Positions 12,201-27,200 of a DNA stretch of 64,000 nucleotides are shown here, piece after piece. The position numbers and the translations under genes are program-made. The stretch is from Antedon mediterranea (Eukaryota; Animalia; Echinodermata): positions 10,096,201-10,160,200 of the forward strand of contig NC_092670.1 of the NCBI RefSeq assembly GCF_964355755.1. The letters run 5' to 3'. The notes under the pieces were generated by a model. It ran no database searches and had not been told where the DNA came from. It saw nothing but the letters and a program-made list of their open reading frames with translations. Position 1 is the first letter of the stretch, and every line of letters begins with the position of its first letter.

Positions 12201-15200
12201 CAAAACGAGATTCAATTTAAGAACTTCAGCAAATATTAGATTAAAACACTACTAATTATTAATGAAAATATAGGAAATACTGATTTATGATTAGATATCA
12301 ATTTGTTATTATTATATTAAAACAATAATAATGTTACTATTATGTATGTATTAGCATAGTTTTAAATAATAAAATAAGATTTTTTTACAGAATGAATTGA
12401 TTAAATTATTTGGTATTACTATAATATTTAAAAATGATTAATAATAAAACATCCATTGTTACTAACTAATAAAAAATTCCCAAAAAAATAAATTACAGTT
12501 GATATGACAATATATTTTATTATTGATGTTATAAAATGTGGATTATTATAATAAATAATCATTTAATGATAAGGCAAAATTTTACTTAATAATTAGTAGT
12601 TTATTTTTTAATTAATTTATATCCAATATTACTTTGCAAAATTCCAAAATAAAAGATTGAATGAATGAATTATAAAGAATATAACCATTTAACACCAGAT
12701 ACCCTTTTAATTAAATTAGTAAAACTAAAATAAATACCAATATTATGATTTACTAAAGATTATAACACATCCAAGTCAGTAGTATCTTTTATTAATAATG
12801 GAATTTGATATTACTATGTAGTATTATATATGGGCATATATTTTTAACAATTCTGACAATACTATAATTATTATTTAATAAATTATCGTAATCATAAACT
12901 TATGTACTGTATGTGATTAAATTAAGACACTGTATATTCAAATTAATTTTATTTCGTCATTATGTTATTAAACCAAGGTTTTATTATTCATTTAAAATAA
13001 TTAATATAACACAAAAAGTATAATAACCAAACATGATTTTTGATCTCACTGCATCTTTAATAAAATCAATATTTTTCCATTTTTTATATTTATGAGCCAA
13101 ATTAAAGTCAAATTACTAAAGTTATAATTAAAATTTTCTTATGGTGCTCTTTTAACCATCATCACTGTCTTCTTGAGACTGTTGTATTTATGGAAATGAT
13201 ACCAGATGATGCCTGACCAATCAGCTGTACCTGGTGTAAGGTAAAGCCCATTCAGGTTTGATGGACCATAACAGCTATAGTACCACCAACCACCTTTGCG
13301 TATCTCAGCACAGTTACCACTGTGCTTATCATTGTTTCTGTCTTTGGTTGTAAATTGTTGACCATTGTGGAATGCCAAAGAATCACCTAAACAAACAAAA
13401 CATATCATCTTTAGTTTACTGGATACATGCAGTTTTTTTAATACAATTGTTTTATTTAAACATGTAAAAAATTAATATATGCTATGTAAAATGATGCATA
13501 CCTAATGAGTGTTTTAATTAATTTATGTTTTTTTGAGATTCACATCCTGTTTTAGGGGATTTTTTATTTGTTTAAAATCAAAAAACTTTTAAAAAATAGT
13601 GTTCTTGTATTTTTTTATTCTATAAATTATACAATATGGTTGATTTATTTTACTATATTATAATTATAATTTGTTGCTCATTCAATGTTTGCTTATTATT
13701 TTACTTGTTTTCCTTTTAATGTATATGAACCATATTAATTCATATAATAATATTTATTCGATCATCAATGTAAAAATAACCAGGAATGAGAATAGGCTAA
13801 AGCCCAAACAGATTCTGCACTCACTCCATACAACATAAACAGTTAAGATAAAACCATATACAAGAAAAATACAAATAAACTATACTATATTACATACAAC
13901 ATGAAATTATGAAAATATGATAAAATTGACATTAATAAAACATTAATATTATTTTTATATTTTAACTGAAATATACTTTCAATACAAATGTACTGATTTA
14001 AAAAAAACAATGGAAGCGAAAACTAATTTCCAAAGTGTTTAGTAACTACAACATTTAAAATAATAACATTTTTAAATGTTAAATTGAAATGTTGTTGTTA
14101 AATGTTGGAGCTAATCCATTGAACATTTTGATATCATTTTTAGAATTGTTAGTTTGATTAATTAATTTTAGTTGGTTGTGTATATAGTAGCTTTTCTTTA
14201 ATATTGGTCCAATTTCTTTCAGATTTGATATCATGTTGCCTTTTTATCTTTGGGTAGCATATTGTTAAGTTTAACCTAAATCAATTTCAAATTTCTGTTT
14301 TTCTTTTTCTATATTTTTCACATAATACATGATTTGTAAATAAAACAAGGCCATACATGGCTGCGGTCACGTGCTCAAATTTGAGTTAGTGTTTACCGAC
14401 CAACCGAGTGAGCTGTAGAGTCGCGTTTGCACATGACTAAAAATTAATTAATTATTAAACACAACTGTTTTTATAGCTTATATTATTATACAGTACCAAA
14501 GGAAAACTTCATTATACCTGACCTACCGTAGTCAGTGCAGTGAACATTTCCGAACTTGATTTAATACTATTAGAACATTTTTTCCTCATTTTCTATTTCA
14601 TTTGTGGTAAGTGTTCCATTTTTAATCATTTCGTTGGCAAGCTAACATCTTTTGTATCTCAAATCTATCTAAAATATGGTGTAGTACTTTAAAATTAAAT
14701 TGGAACATTGGCCATGTATGAGTCATTATGTCCCAGTCAATATTCCAGTGACTATTTATAAATGCTGGTACATAACTAGATGCAACATGGGATTCTTGTG
14801 ATGAAGACATATAAATGTGTGAACATTAAGGTATGCTAAATTTACTGTTCTGTAAGCTTGTTTAAACCGTTTAATCCCATTCAATGTTCTTATCATCTAT
14901 ATATAAATTTACGTAAGGGCAAAATTCGGTAAATCGCGCGTTATTTCTAGAATGTTTTCTCGATGGTAGATAAAGTTTATTCGTACTTTCGGTACTGATT
15001 TTAACCACCTGATGTAACCCTGTTTACTAATTAAATTGAGTTCGATAATTAGTTATTGACAATTAAAACGAATTTAGGTTCAACTATTTGCCCCAAATAG
15101 GGGTGTTTTTCGATCGTGGTATACACTGTCTAATGGATGTCCATCTTGAAAAATACCCGCAGACAATATTACGAGAATGCTTCGCATTTTCCTATCTCCT

Positions 15201-18200
15201 CCTACGATAATTGTTTTTAATGACTGAAAACCGGTTGAACAGTTCGAGTACAGCATCAAAATGTTGAAGACAGGCCGATTTTCTTTAAAAAATAGGCCTA
15301 CTATTTTGATAGATTTAATATATGTTTATACAAGTGTATTGATTTGTGATGAATGGAACATTCCAATCTCTGTTCCACAAGTGTCTATTCCGTCAGGCGT
15401 CGTAAAGGCAAGTACTGTATACTCATAACAGAAACTTGATCCATTTTTTTTTTCAATATGTGCTGTAGAGGTTGGATATAGATTGTTTTTAAATGGAATG
15501 AGCTAGCGTTTTCAGTCGCTGTATTTTATGTACAAATCTTTATTATTGCAGTTAAACCACCCACATCATCACCCTTTCCTCACTGGCATGAGCGTTGTAA
15601 AGCCAGTAGAGGATAGGCCTACGGTGCATCACATGCCCTAAACGCAGAACAACTTTGGTGGGTAGGGTAGGAACCGACTTAAAGTATGAATTTGGCTCTA
15701 AGAAACAATTGAAAACCATTAGGCCTACTAATTAAGTTGAGTTAGATAATTTACTATTTATGATTTGCCCCGAATAGAGGGGGTTTTCGAACGAGCGTAC
15801 CATCTAGTTTAAACTCAATTATAGGTAGTCATAATTGGTTTGAAAATTCAGTTTTTAATACTCTTAAAGTGATAAATGCAACAACAACAAAAGTGCACAG
15901 TGTGTATTTTTAATGCAAGGTACAAAGGTGAGGCCTATAAAGAAAAATAATACTTTTAATTCTTTGTTTACTTGAAATGTGTTTTTTAGTGTAAAAATTG
16001 ATTGAATGTACTAACCTGCCGTTCCTGTGTATCCACTGATTTTCAAAGCATAGTTAGAGTCCTCAGTATCAACACGAAAGTGAGAATATCTTGCAAACTT
16101 CATGTCATCCAAGTGGTCAGTCATCTCTATTAGAAGCTCAAAACTGCCATCAGCTGTTAAACGGTTGATTTGTTCATTACCAAGCCAGAACTCTGTGTTC
16201 ACATTTCCAAAACCCTCTTTGTATTCTGCCCAATTACGGTAGAAATCAACTGATCCATCTTGTCTTCTCTGTATCACCTGATAATGAAAGGATAGTAATC
16301 TATACTCTACAGTCTTACTAAAACAGTGATGTCAAGCCCATCAACTTGAGTAAATAGAAGTAAATGAATTAAGAATCTGACCAGTAATATTACGATTAAG
16401 GTACATCAATATTTTACAATTTTATTTTGATGTTCCTCATTTTCTACAATTTGATTACACTCATTTTACAATAATTATGCAAGTTTTTGAACATTTAGTG
16501 TGATTGTTCTTTTGTTGTGACCTCCAGACAACACTTCAACAAATCGCTCTGCGTGTGCGCAGGTATAGTTATGTGTGGGTCGAGAACCCTATTTCTGAAA
16601 AGTAACGTTAGTAAAAAATGTGGAAGAATCATTAATTTCTGTTGAACAAAATGATAAATCTAAAGTTATGTTTTTAATAAAGCCAAATACTGTATTATTA
16701 GGAATTGTTCATTGCAATAAGCTATTTATCCATATGCAAGTTTTAAACATTCCTAAACAACTGTTCGCTTAACTGTGTAAATGAGTAGAATGTTGATGTC
16801 ATTCGTTAAAGTCTACATGCTCGTACAAAAGCTCCTTATTTCATTCATGCCATCATCTGTAAGTCAACATCGCCCTCTATCTATTTTCAAGATGTAAGGA
16901 GTGCAGAGTGCGACGTCATATGTGAATGGAATCCCCTTTCCGTTTATTAATTATGAGAGATGCTTGTACAATGGCTTGAATATCGTAAATTTGAAAGTCC
17001 TTGTACTTCTGGAACGGATTCTATCTGAAATCATACCATTGTTCTCTATTAATTGTTTTGCTGGTGTCTCTATGGCTGGCAGTTCTTACGGTAACGTATT
17101 GTGATGTGTGTTTTAATAATGAATTAGTAAGCTGTGGCAATGATGTTAGATTTACCTTTGATATCTTTAAATAAATTGTAAGTGTCTTTCAAGGATACAA
17201 GCAAAATTCAATTTTTTCAAGTAATAAGCTAGTGTGTTATAATGATGTTGGATTTGCTCCTTCAGATATCTTTACATAAATTGTTGCCTATACTTACTGT
17301 CCATCCTGCATCATGCCTCATGTCACAGTACACAGTAAACTCTGGTCTTCCATCACATGTATGGTGTATCACATATTCACCACTCACAGCAGAAGGATTA
17401 TTTTGTAAAATCGTACTACAATCCCTCATAAAACACTCTAAAATTACAAAGTTTGAAGATCACATATTAGATATAACATTGAAATAAGCCTATACATTGA
17501 GTGAAACGTCCATTTTGTTATAAGATTAATTTTATAGTAGGTAAATACAAGTGAAAGTACTTTAAGAATATTAAAGAGAACATTTACTATAGGCAAATTC
17601 AACAGCAACAGTCACGACCAGCAGCCAATCACTAATAATAAATGTGAACCTCCATATAAGAAATAAATTTATTTAATAATAAATTGTATACTTACTCATT
17701 TTGGAATCAGTGGCCCGGACATGAAGAAAAATGAAATATAAAATAATTAACATACAGTAATGACAGTATATAGATATAGAATGCAGCTATTACAGTAATT
17801 TAATAATTACAAACTAGTTTTCTTGGTGAGAGAGAGAGAGAGGAACAGCATTTTACAGTAGTTGAAATAGTGAACTTCCCATGGAGAGTGACCACATGAT
17901 AATGTAGGTGCATCACATTGGCCAATTAGTGTAGATATGCTAGTTTGAAGTCACAACCAAAAACATTATTTTTGATCATACGTCCACTGCACAGTCACGC
18001 ATCATGCATGCGTAGAAATGTATTCTGATCGAGAATTGTTGGTTGGTTGGGTTTGGAAATAAAATAAAAAGATATTAAACATCTCACCATGACAGTAAAT
18101 CAAGAACTAAATAAAGTTTCTTCTTTCAAATAATTTTTTCTTTTGGATGATCCAAAAGAATAAAATATTTGAATACTACAGTATCCAGAGATCCAGATGA

Positions 18201-21200
18201 ACCTTTTTACTAAAGTTTCTTCTTTGCTCAAATCTAATATTACATATCACTCAATATACTTATACCATGTGTAGTAGACAACACATAATATTCAAATTAT
18301 GATTGACAATATTGCTTTTTCACAGGTTTCCCATTCAAAATTATTTGGGCGTAATTATAGATGAAACACTAACATATGGGGCATTCCAAAGTATTTTTGT
18401 AATATGGACGTGACATTTTTGAGAATATAATTAGCCATATTTTAGAAATAAAAAAGAATACATAACATATATGGCCATGAATGTTAATTATGAAAGTCAA
18501 ACAAATTTATAAGACTGTACAAAAAAATTATTAAAATTCTATGCGTCACAGACAGGCAATGTACATGACTTTTAAGAAGGTTTAGGTATTGTAATATTTC
18601 TCCTCATTTAAAAGAAATCTTAAAATTTATTTTGTATTATGATGTTGCCAGATAGTTGTTTTAGATATAACTGAATGTTAATTAACTCCAAATTTATTAA
18701 TAAATATGATTTATATGTTGTTACAGACGGGATTTTTCCAACGTCGTGGACAGAACACTTTTGTCCAGGTTAAAAAAATTGTATAATTTTGATATTTACA
18801 AAAATAAAATTACATCAGTTTATTCTTTTATTACAAATCAAAATATTATTCAACCTTTGAAACACTGTTGAAAGTTTAGGTCAAGTGAAAATATTAAAAT
18901 TCATAAAATAATATAAAATATTATTTATAAAATTAATTATTCAAAGAGTTATAAAGAGAAGCAATAATTGTTAAATTCATTTGTTTAATTCATTTATTTT
19001 AAAAAACATCATTAATTTAAAAGTTAGGTTTCGTATAAACAAATCTTCAAGCTATTAACACATTTAAGGCGATTCTTTAAAAATTGACGTTGGCATTTGA
19101 CGTCTGAATTTCTTAGTGGATCCAAGTTGCACCTGAAATTTTCTTCTATCCTTGCTTGAATTTAATATTATTTCTATTTAGTATCTGATTTATAAAGGTT
19201 TATGGTTGCAAATTCACAAAGAATGAAATCTACAAAGTGAAAAAAAATACAAGTTTAAATCTATTGCAATTTAATATCCTTAAGAACAGTTGAAAATTAA
19301 GTTTTGAAAATACAGATTTTGCAATCATTACTTCAATAAACACTAAATGAGGAAAAAACCCAACCAAAATTTCTCAGAAGTGACAATTATAATTTTTTAA
19401 ATGAAAATTATGTATGAATATGAAATTAATAAACAAATAATTGTAATAAAATATTTGATTATGAATAAACCCCCTTTTCTTGAAGTGCCCTTTCAAACTA
19501 GACTAGGCATAGCCGATATGACAATTTCTTGGCTATTCTGTATAGCCAGCAGGCAAATTGTACTTTTCTTACTACTAAGTCCTAGGAAAATTTGTCTAGT
19601 TTATAAATATTAGTATGTTAAAATATTAAAAATAGAAATATATTAATAACATTTAAATTTTGTCTTAACTAAAAGAAGACACATAGATTGTATTTACCTA
19701 TGTATACAGTACCAGTAATAAATGTAATCTTTATGTTAAATTTACTTCAAATGATTTATATACAATTAAAAAGAAATATCATATCTATACACGTAACCAT
19801 ACATATGAGGTATCAAAGTGACTGCAATTGAACCTTTTTTTAAACTATAACATTTAAAAAATCCCCACCTGCACCTTTTTCCTGTCCTTGTTGTTTTTAA
19901 TGAACTACAATATGGGTTACAGGTAAACAAGCTTTGCTCTTATGGTCATCCATACTAGCATTTGTTTTTTTATCCCTCATGATATTTAAATGGTAAAATA
20001 AATTTATACTTGACTCTCTTTTTTATATTGATAGAGATATTTTTTTATTTTATATATGGATTTAATTTATATTTGGATTTAAGTGATTCTTCATAATATT
20101 TTTGTTTATTACTTTTATATACTAAATAAATTTTGGGGAGGTCCAACCATGTTTACATTACTTCACTCTGTAAATTTAATTGCTATGGCGTTGCTTAATC
20201 TGTATACAATTTGTTTTAAATTCTAGCTATCAATTTAAAACAGAACCCGAGATACAATAGATCACCAAAGTAAGAAAACACCTTCAGGAGCCAAAACAAT
20301 TCCTACTAATAGGCGTTTCCCCGAAACCAAGTTTTGTTGAATACACTACATAAGTTGTTCATTCCATCAGTACACTAAATCAGAAAATTTAACTCACCCT
20401 TTCGATGTAACAAAACTCTGGCTTTTGAATTACGTTGTTTTCAACTGATGCTTCTTCCAGTATTTGCTTACTGATTTGACAAACACGATCTTTCTGGTTA
20501 TAGTTGACCGACAAGCAATCAGATTTGTGGGAACATTCCAGCAAACAATTTACACGGCTTATATTCTTCAACTCGTAACTCCAACCCTCAAGAGCCTGTC
20601 CCTGGATAACTGTATAGAATGAATTGGTCGAAAGAACGACAATAGGCAGGAGATTAAGAACGACAACCAAAGTTGCAAACGTATGCATTGCAACGTTTTG
20701 GAAATACGTATTGACAAAATAAACTGTATGATGTGCCTTCAAATGCAACTTGTCGTACACCTTATTTGTGGTAACAAGGAACTACTGTACGTTTTCATCT
20801 TCTGATGTGCGTATTATAGATGTTCCATCCAAGTATAATACAATAGAACTTTGTCTGCACCAATCAAAAACGTGTTAGTAATAATACTGTAACTATGTAT
20901 GAACAAATTTCTAATAGCCTATCAAATCGAACCATCAAATTCATGGAGTTTTTGAATTATATATTAATATAAATTGAAATTACTATGTAGCTGGATTATA
21001 ACATTCTATGATCAATGTTCTGTTGTTTTTTTTAACAAATTCAGTGTTTTGGTTCAAGTATCTCTATTTTTAAATCTTATTATGCCTCGAAGTCTAATTT
21101 AATTTATTTTCATTATTTAAAACACCTTCTCTGCATGTAGAATAATAGAAGCTGCATTATTGTAAATTTAGTATCGTGTTTGTTGACAGTTGACATAAAT

Positions 21201-24200
21201 TAATTTTCCATATGTTGTTTTCACATTGCTACTAGGACATTACTTTTTAGTAATTGTTGTTGATGCAACGATATATAATAAACAACTACTAATATAATGT
21301 AAAATAGCTGTATAATTTATTTCCAAGTGAATAATATATTAAGATTCCAATCGATGAACAATAGATAAGATTGCAACAAGCTAGTAATGATGCGTAGCAG
21401 ATATTAGGATGAATGTGTTTAAACTTTAGAAGCATGTGATTTAATAGTTTCACTAGTCACATTCTATTATGACCAATATGAATTAAGAATGTCATTGGTG
21501 TGCTTGCCTTATGCATAAGGAGTGACCACATTCTTTCATGTAGACTAGTGGACTGTGGTTAATTAATATTTATTGCTTTACTAAGAAAAGTTGGTAACTA
21601 TCTAATGAAAAAAACAAAACAAATTAAGTTAAGGAACAAACTGTACATATATCTTAGGGAGATGAATCTGCGTGCCAGACTTAGTAATTCTGACAGGGTC
21701 AGTAGCAATGCTCGTAATGTTATATGCTTATTTTGAATCGGCATTTATATATTATATATGCCATCTAGAACACTCTGTCAGAGATACAGATTAAATTTTT
21801 ATATTATATAAGCTTATGTTTTGCGGCGTGCATGAGGTAGAAACATGAGCAAGAATACTTGCCACCCGTTTGATAATCATTTTTGAAATGGTGCATGTGA
21901 GTGCACATGCTGCTGACCACTTGCTGTCTTCACATCTAAATGACCTGATTGTGACGTAGTAAAATGGTTCGTGAATTACTAAACGCAGCATTCAGTATTT
22001 GCAAAGAAATTGGTTTAAACACAAATTTTTCATAAAAATGTGCCATTCTATAATGGCTTAAATGAATAAAGGAGAAATAAAAGGTGCCCAAGCTCAAACA
22101 GATTATCGGACTTGCAGTTTAGGAGGAGATACAGGAACAAACTTTGGCTTAGTGCTATTATAATATGATGATCAACGAACAAAACATCTTAAACAGTCCC
22201 TTTGCTCAAGATTACATATCCAACCTTTCCAGAACTTGGAACCATCCCTTACCTTCATATCACTTTCAACACCCACCAAAAATCATTTCCGTACCCCTGT
22301 GTTGAACTATAGTATATATTTGAATAGCTTTAAAAAAAAAGTGACCAATAAAGAAATCTGATGTAATAATAAAACTAGCGTTAAATTTGTCTGTTATAAG
22401 ACAACATTTAATGTACCCTATCTAGTGAGTTTACTGGTGCAATTATTAAATAAAGAAATTAAATTTAATTTTGTTCTTTATTGTTCTTTTAGGCTTGAAG
22501 CTGTTCATTGTGGGTGTCTTCCTTTGTGTCCTAACCAGCTGGTTTATCCTGAAATATTTCCTAGTAAGTTTAGAGTTCTCAACTTGCTTTAATTGATTTC
22601 AGTAGTTTGGATACAAAAATTCTGTAGTAATTACAAAATAGTTGTCATGTTTGTTTCAGAGCATGTACAGAATGATATTCAGAAAGACCATCACACTGTG
22701 ATTGTGTTTTGACAAATTGTAATCAAGAAATAAAATGGAAATCCAGAACAAGGGCTTTTCGTGGATTGTGGGTCGATGATTAGTCCATCATAATTTTGTG
22801 TTTTATTTTGGGTTTCTCATAATTTTAAGCCAAATCATAATTTTGCCTAGTATGTATTGCCATAGCATTTATCTCCATTTTCATACAAAAATTACATGGC
22901 AGCACTGAAATAAGTAATTAAATATTCCAATATTGAATTACCTTGACTCTTGGAATCTATTTTATTTTATATAACACCTAAATAAATTCCTGTCATTTGA
23001 TTGGACGATTGTGGGTCACATGGCGTGCAATAGTACGCACTATTAAACGATCGTTTAATAGTACTTTTTGAAACATTTTTGTGTACGAAAAAAAAAACGT
23101 CTCGCGGATGAAAAAAAATCTAGTACACAAATTATCCTATGATATGGCTCTGTACTGTGAAATACAACAGCGCCACCTGTCGTCTGGTCTCAGTTTCATT
23201 TGTAAACACCACCGCGAGATATGCAACAGCAGCAGATATTTGTGTACGATTTATTTATTTATTTATTCATTTCCCAACCAACAGTGAGCTCATGGTTCAC
23301 CACTTACAGGAGGGAACACAGACAAACACGTACATATACAAACAAACATTAAACTAAACTACTAACAATGTTACGAAACTTACGGAAATTATTACTAAAA
23401 ATATCTAACTCAGGGTTTCTTAAAGTAAAAGAATTGTAAGTTTGACTTAATCTACTAATAAAACCATTTTTTAAAACATTTACTCTACTAAAAGGAATAT
23501 GAAAAGTAGTATTTCTTCTAAGACGACGACTAGGGACTCTAAGATAAAAATTGCTAACTAAGTTACAGTCAAATAAAGAATTAATACATTTATACAAAAA
23601 AACAAGATCAAAAAAGGTTCTACGAGACTCAGAAGATCGGACATGGAAATGAAAGTCAGGATTCTGGTTGTGGCTGATGTAGCGTAAAAAACGGTTATGC
23701 AGACGCTGAATGCGCGTAGACTGAGTTTCCGAAATAGAATTAAAAATAACAGAACAGAAGTTGAGAATGGGATGGATAATTGAATAATAAAGGTGGATTT
23801 TGGTTTGCCTGTCAAAATGTTTACAATTACGCCACATCAGCCCAAGCAGTCTATTGCACTTGCCAACAAGATAATCAATATGAAAGGAAAAACAAAGGGA
23901 ACTATCAATAAAAACACCAAGATCTTTTTGCGATTGCACCCTATTAATGGGATTGTCATTAATTAAATAATTATAAAATAAAATGTTCTTTTTCAAAGTA
24001 ATAGTTAAAATATTGCACTTTACTGGATTGAGGGACATTCCCCATAAAGCAGCCCAATAACAAAGCTTGTCCAAATCCACCTGAAGCCTGTCAGCATCCT
24101 CAACACTACCAATAATTCTGTATAGCTTAACATCATCAGCAAACATAAGACATCTGGAGTGGGTGAAGAGTTTTGGGATATCATTGACAAAAAGATTGAA

Positions 24201-27200
24201 AAGGAGAGGACCAAGAATCGATCCCTGAGGGACACCGGACTGAATAGGAAGCCATTCAGAGGATATACCCTCAATGACCACTCTCTGGAACCTACCATTA
24301 AGATAACTACGAAACCAGGAGATAAAATCATTATGAAAACCAAAACGTTGTAATTTTAATAAGAGTAAATTATGAGGAACAAGATCAAACGCCTTAGAAA
24401 AGTCAGTGTAAATAATATCACATTGCTTCCTGTCATCAATGGCTTCGTAAACTGTGGTCAACAGGGTGGCAAGGTTTGTTTCACATGACCTACCAGTTAC
24501 AAAGCCATGCTGACAGGAAGCAATGGCAGGAGAAACATGAGTCGAAATATGGTTAAAAACAATTTTTTCAAACAATTTAGAAATGGTAGGCAACAGAGAG
24601 ATAGGTCTATAGTTAGAAATCAATTTCTTGGTCCCCCCCTTATGAATAGGAACAATATTGGAACGTTTCCAAACGGAAGGAAATTTACCGGTTTGAAGAG
24701 ATTTATTAAAGAGGAAAGAAATGGGAATAGAAAGAGGACGAGAACAAACTTTAAGAACATGGTTACTGAGATTATCACATCCAGATGCCTTATGAGTCTG
24801 AATGGATGACAGTAACGAGTTAACAATTTCAGATTGAATTATTGGAGCATTGAGAATGCCGACAGAAGCCTCAGGCAGACGTTGGTGTTCATCAGTCACA
24901 GAAGGTCCAGATCTAAAAACTGAATGAAAATAACTGTTAAATAAAGCAGCCTTATCATTAGTTGTCTCCGCGACCTTGTGCCCATGCGACATAACCGACG
25001 GATAAGAAGACGATTTAGTTTTGGTCTTTATCCACGACCAGAAGCGTTTGGGATTTGCCTTAAGATTCCCAGAGAGTGATTGCATATAACTTTTATATTT
25101 AAGTTTCATAAGGACTTTAAATTCTTTTCTGGCAACGGAAAAAGCATGTTTTGATTCATGTGTATTAAGTCGTTTAGAAATACGAAAACATTTCTCTTTG
25201 TTTTTAAGAGCGACTCTAACTTCATTATCAAACCATGGCGGCATTTTTCTTTTAGGTCTAACAATAGGCACAAGATCACGGAGAGCAGCATCAACTAAAT
25301 CATAAAAAAGAGAAACACTATCGTTAATATCATTGCACATATGGATTAAATCAAAAGGTATAACATTAAAAGCATTCAAAAGATCATCATTATTTACAGC
25401 CTTGAAACAATATAGTTGTCTTGAATCCCTAGAAAAGTGTTTTTGAATAGAAATTTTAAGAACAAATGAAATTGAAGAATGATCAGATTCAAAAATATTC
25501 TGACCAGCAGAAATATCCGAGATTAAATCAATTGAATTATTACACAAAATTAAATCTAAAACATTATTATTGCACGTTGGATTGACATTGCACTGAAACA
25601 AATTATGTCCATTAATAAAACAGTCAATAAAAAGTTCACCCAATGAGTTAGCAGGTGCAGTTCCATATCCATCATTGGTCCACGTGATTTCAGAAAGATT
25701 CAGATCTCCGATAAGAACAATATGATGCCTTGAATACATGGCTGATGCATCTTCAACTGATTGCGCTAGTTGCAACATGACATCTCTTCCGCTGTTGGGT
25801 GGCCTGTAAATAACAGCAACCAGCACTCGTTTTGTCTTGCTTAGCTTAATTTCAACCCAGAGGATTTCAATATTTGGTTTCTCAAGGTGCTCCAGACGTC
25901 GAGACTTATACTGATTAGAAGCTAGGAAAAGAACACCACCACCTCTTCTGCCATCGTTCCTGTCCCTTCTATGAATTGTAAAACCATCACAGTAAAGTTC
26001 GGAGTCAAGAACCGTTGAATTTAGCCAAGTCTCGGTAAATGCAACAAAGTCGAAGGTATTATTAATGAGGTGCACATTTAGTTCAGAATGATATGTGTCC
26101 ATCTTGTTTTTAAGGCTTCTTATATTTTGGTAATAAAATGTTGGATTATTACTGTTATTACTTGTGTTTGTGTTATCTCTAGCCCTGTCCTTGTTTTCCT
26201 CTGCGGGGCCTGGATTTTGTTCAATATCACCGCATAAGGAAAGTTCCGGCTGAAAACTTGATGAACAATAATAACTTGAATAGTAAGGAACCCTAGCTCC
26301 ACTGTATTTAATAGCATGTTTTCGTTTACCTTTAGGCTTTGTTAGATAGGCAAATGCTAAAATAGACCACCTAGGCCTAGTAAACAAGGTACTGAACTGA
26401 GCCCATTGCCTTAGTCGATCCAGGGCTACAGTGCACTCCACACCATGCGAGCACTCGCAACATAATGCAGAAGTTGAGCCTAGCAAATGGTCCAAATTTG
26501 CGTCCAAAGTATAACATATTTGTATAGAGGTATTGCACTGAAAACTAAACTGTGGGTTGCAGGTCCTACTTAAATTCGATAGACAAGGTTTAATAACACC
26601 AATAGTTGATGCAAAACACAAAAAGAGACAAATAGCAGTAAAGCTACGTTGAGCAGCCATCATTCATTACAGCACTTTAATATATTTGGACATTATGTAC
26701 TAATTTCATTCAAAAAGGCATTTAAATTAGCTTTAGATCGTTTTTAGGATTTTGATTAATTAATGGGGACATCCCTACAAGACGTGGAATTGTTGGAAAA
26801 ACCATAATTAGCTTAGATAAGTTCCAATTGTCTGTCGAAGTTTTGCCTTTCAGCCAAGCTAGTACTACTAGGCTACTAGGGTAGCCTAGGCCATGCTAGT
26901 ATTAGGCTAGGCCTAGCCTAGGCGTTTTAGCCTTGCTAGGCCTAGGATTGTTTGGTCGTTTGTTGACATAATTAACACAAAAGTAGGTGTGTTTACGAAA
27001 TCCATATAAATATAACATTTAATATAAAATTATTAAAAACCAAATGTTACTGTTTTTAATCAATGTGTGTGAATGAAATGTAGTAAGCTTTGGTTAGGGC
27101 TACCTTTTATTTGATTCAAATAACTAGAATTTATTTAGATGTTATATAAAACAAATAATGAATGTTTTGTATTCGTGTAATGGTACAAATAATGGCACTT

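Noticed and set aside
18376-19492. Possible TIR element (GGGCATTCCA / TGAAGTGCCC)
   Set aside because: The inverted match is short and degenerate, with no convincing TSD.
23558-26317. Short ORFs overlapping the LINE ORF
   Set aside because: Alternative-frame or antisense shadows of the RT ORF.
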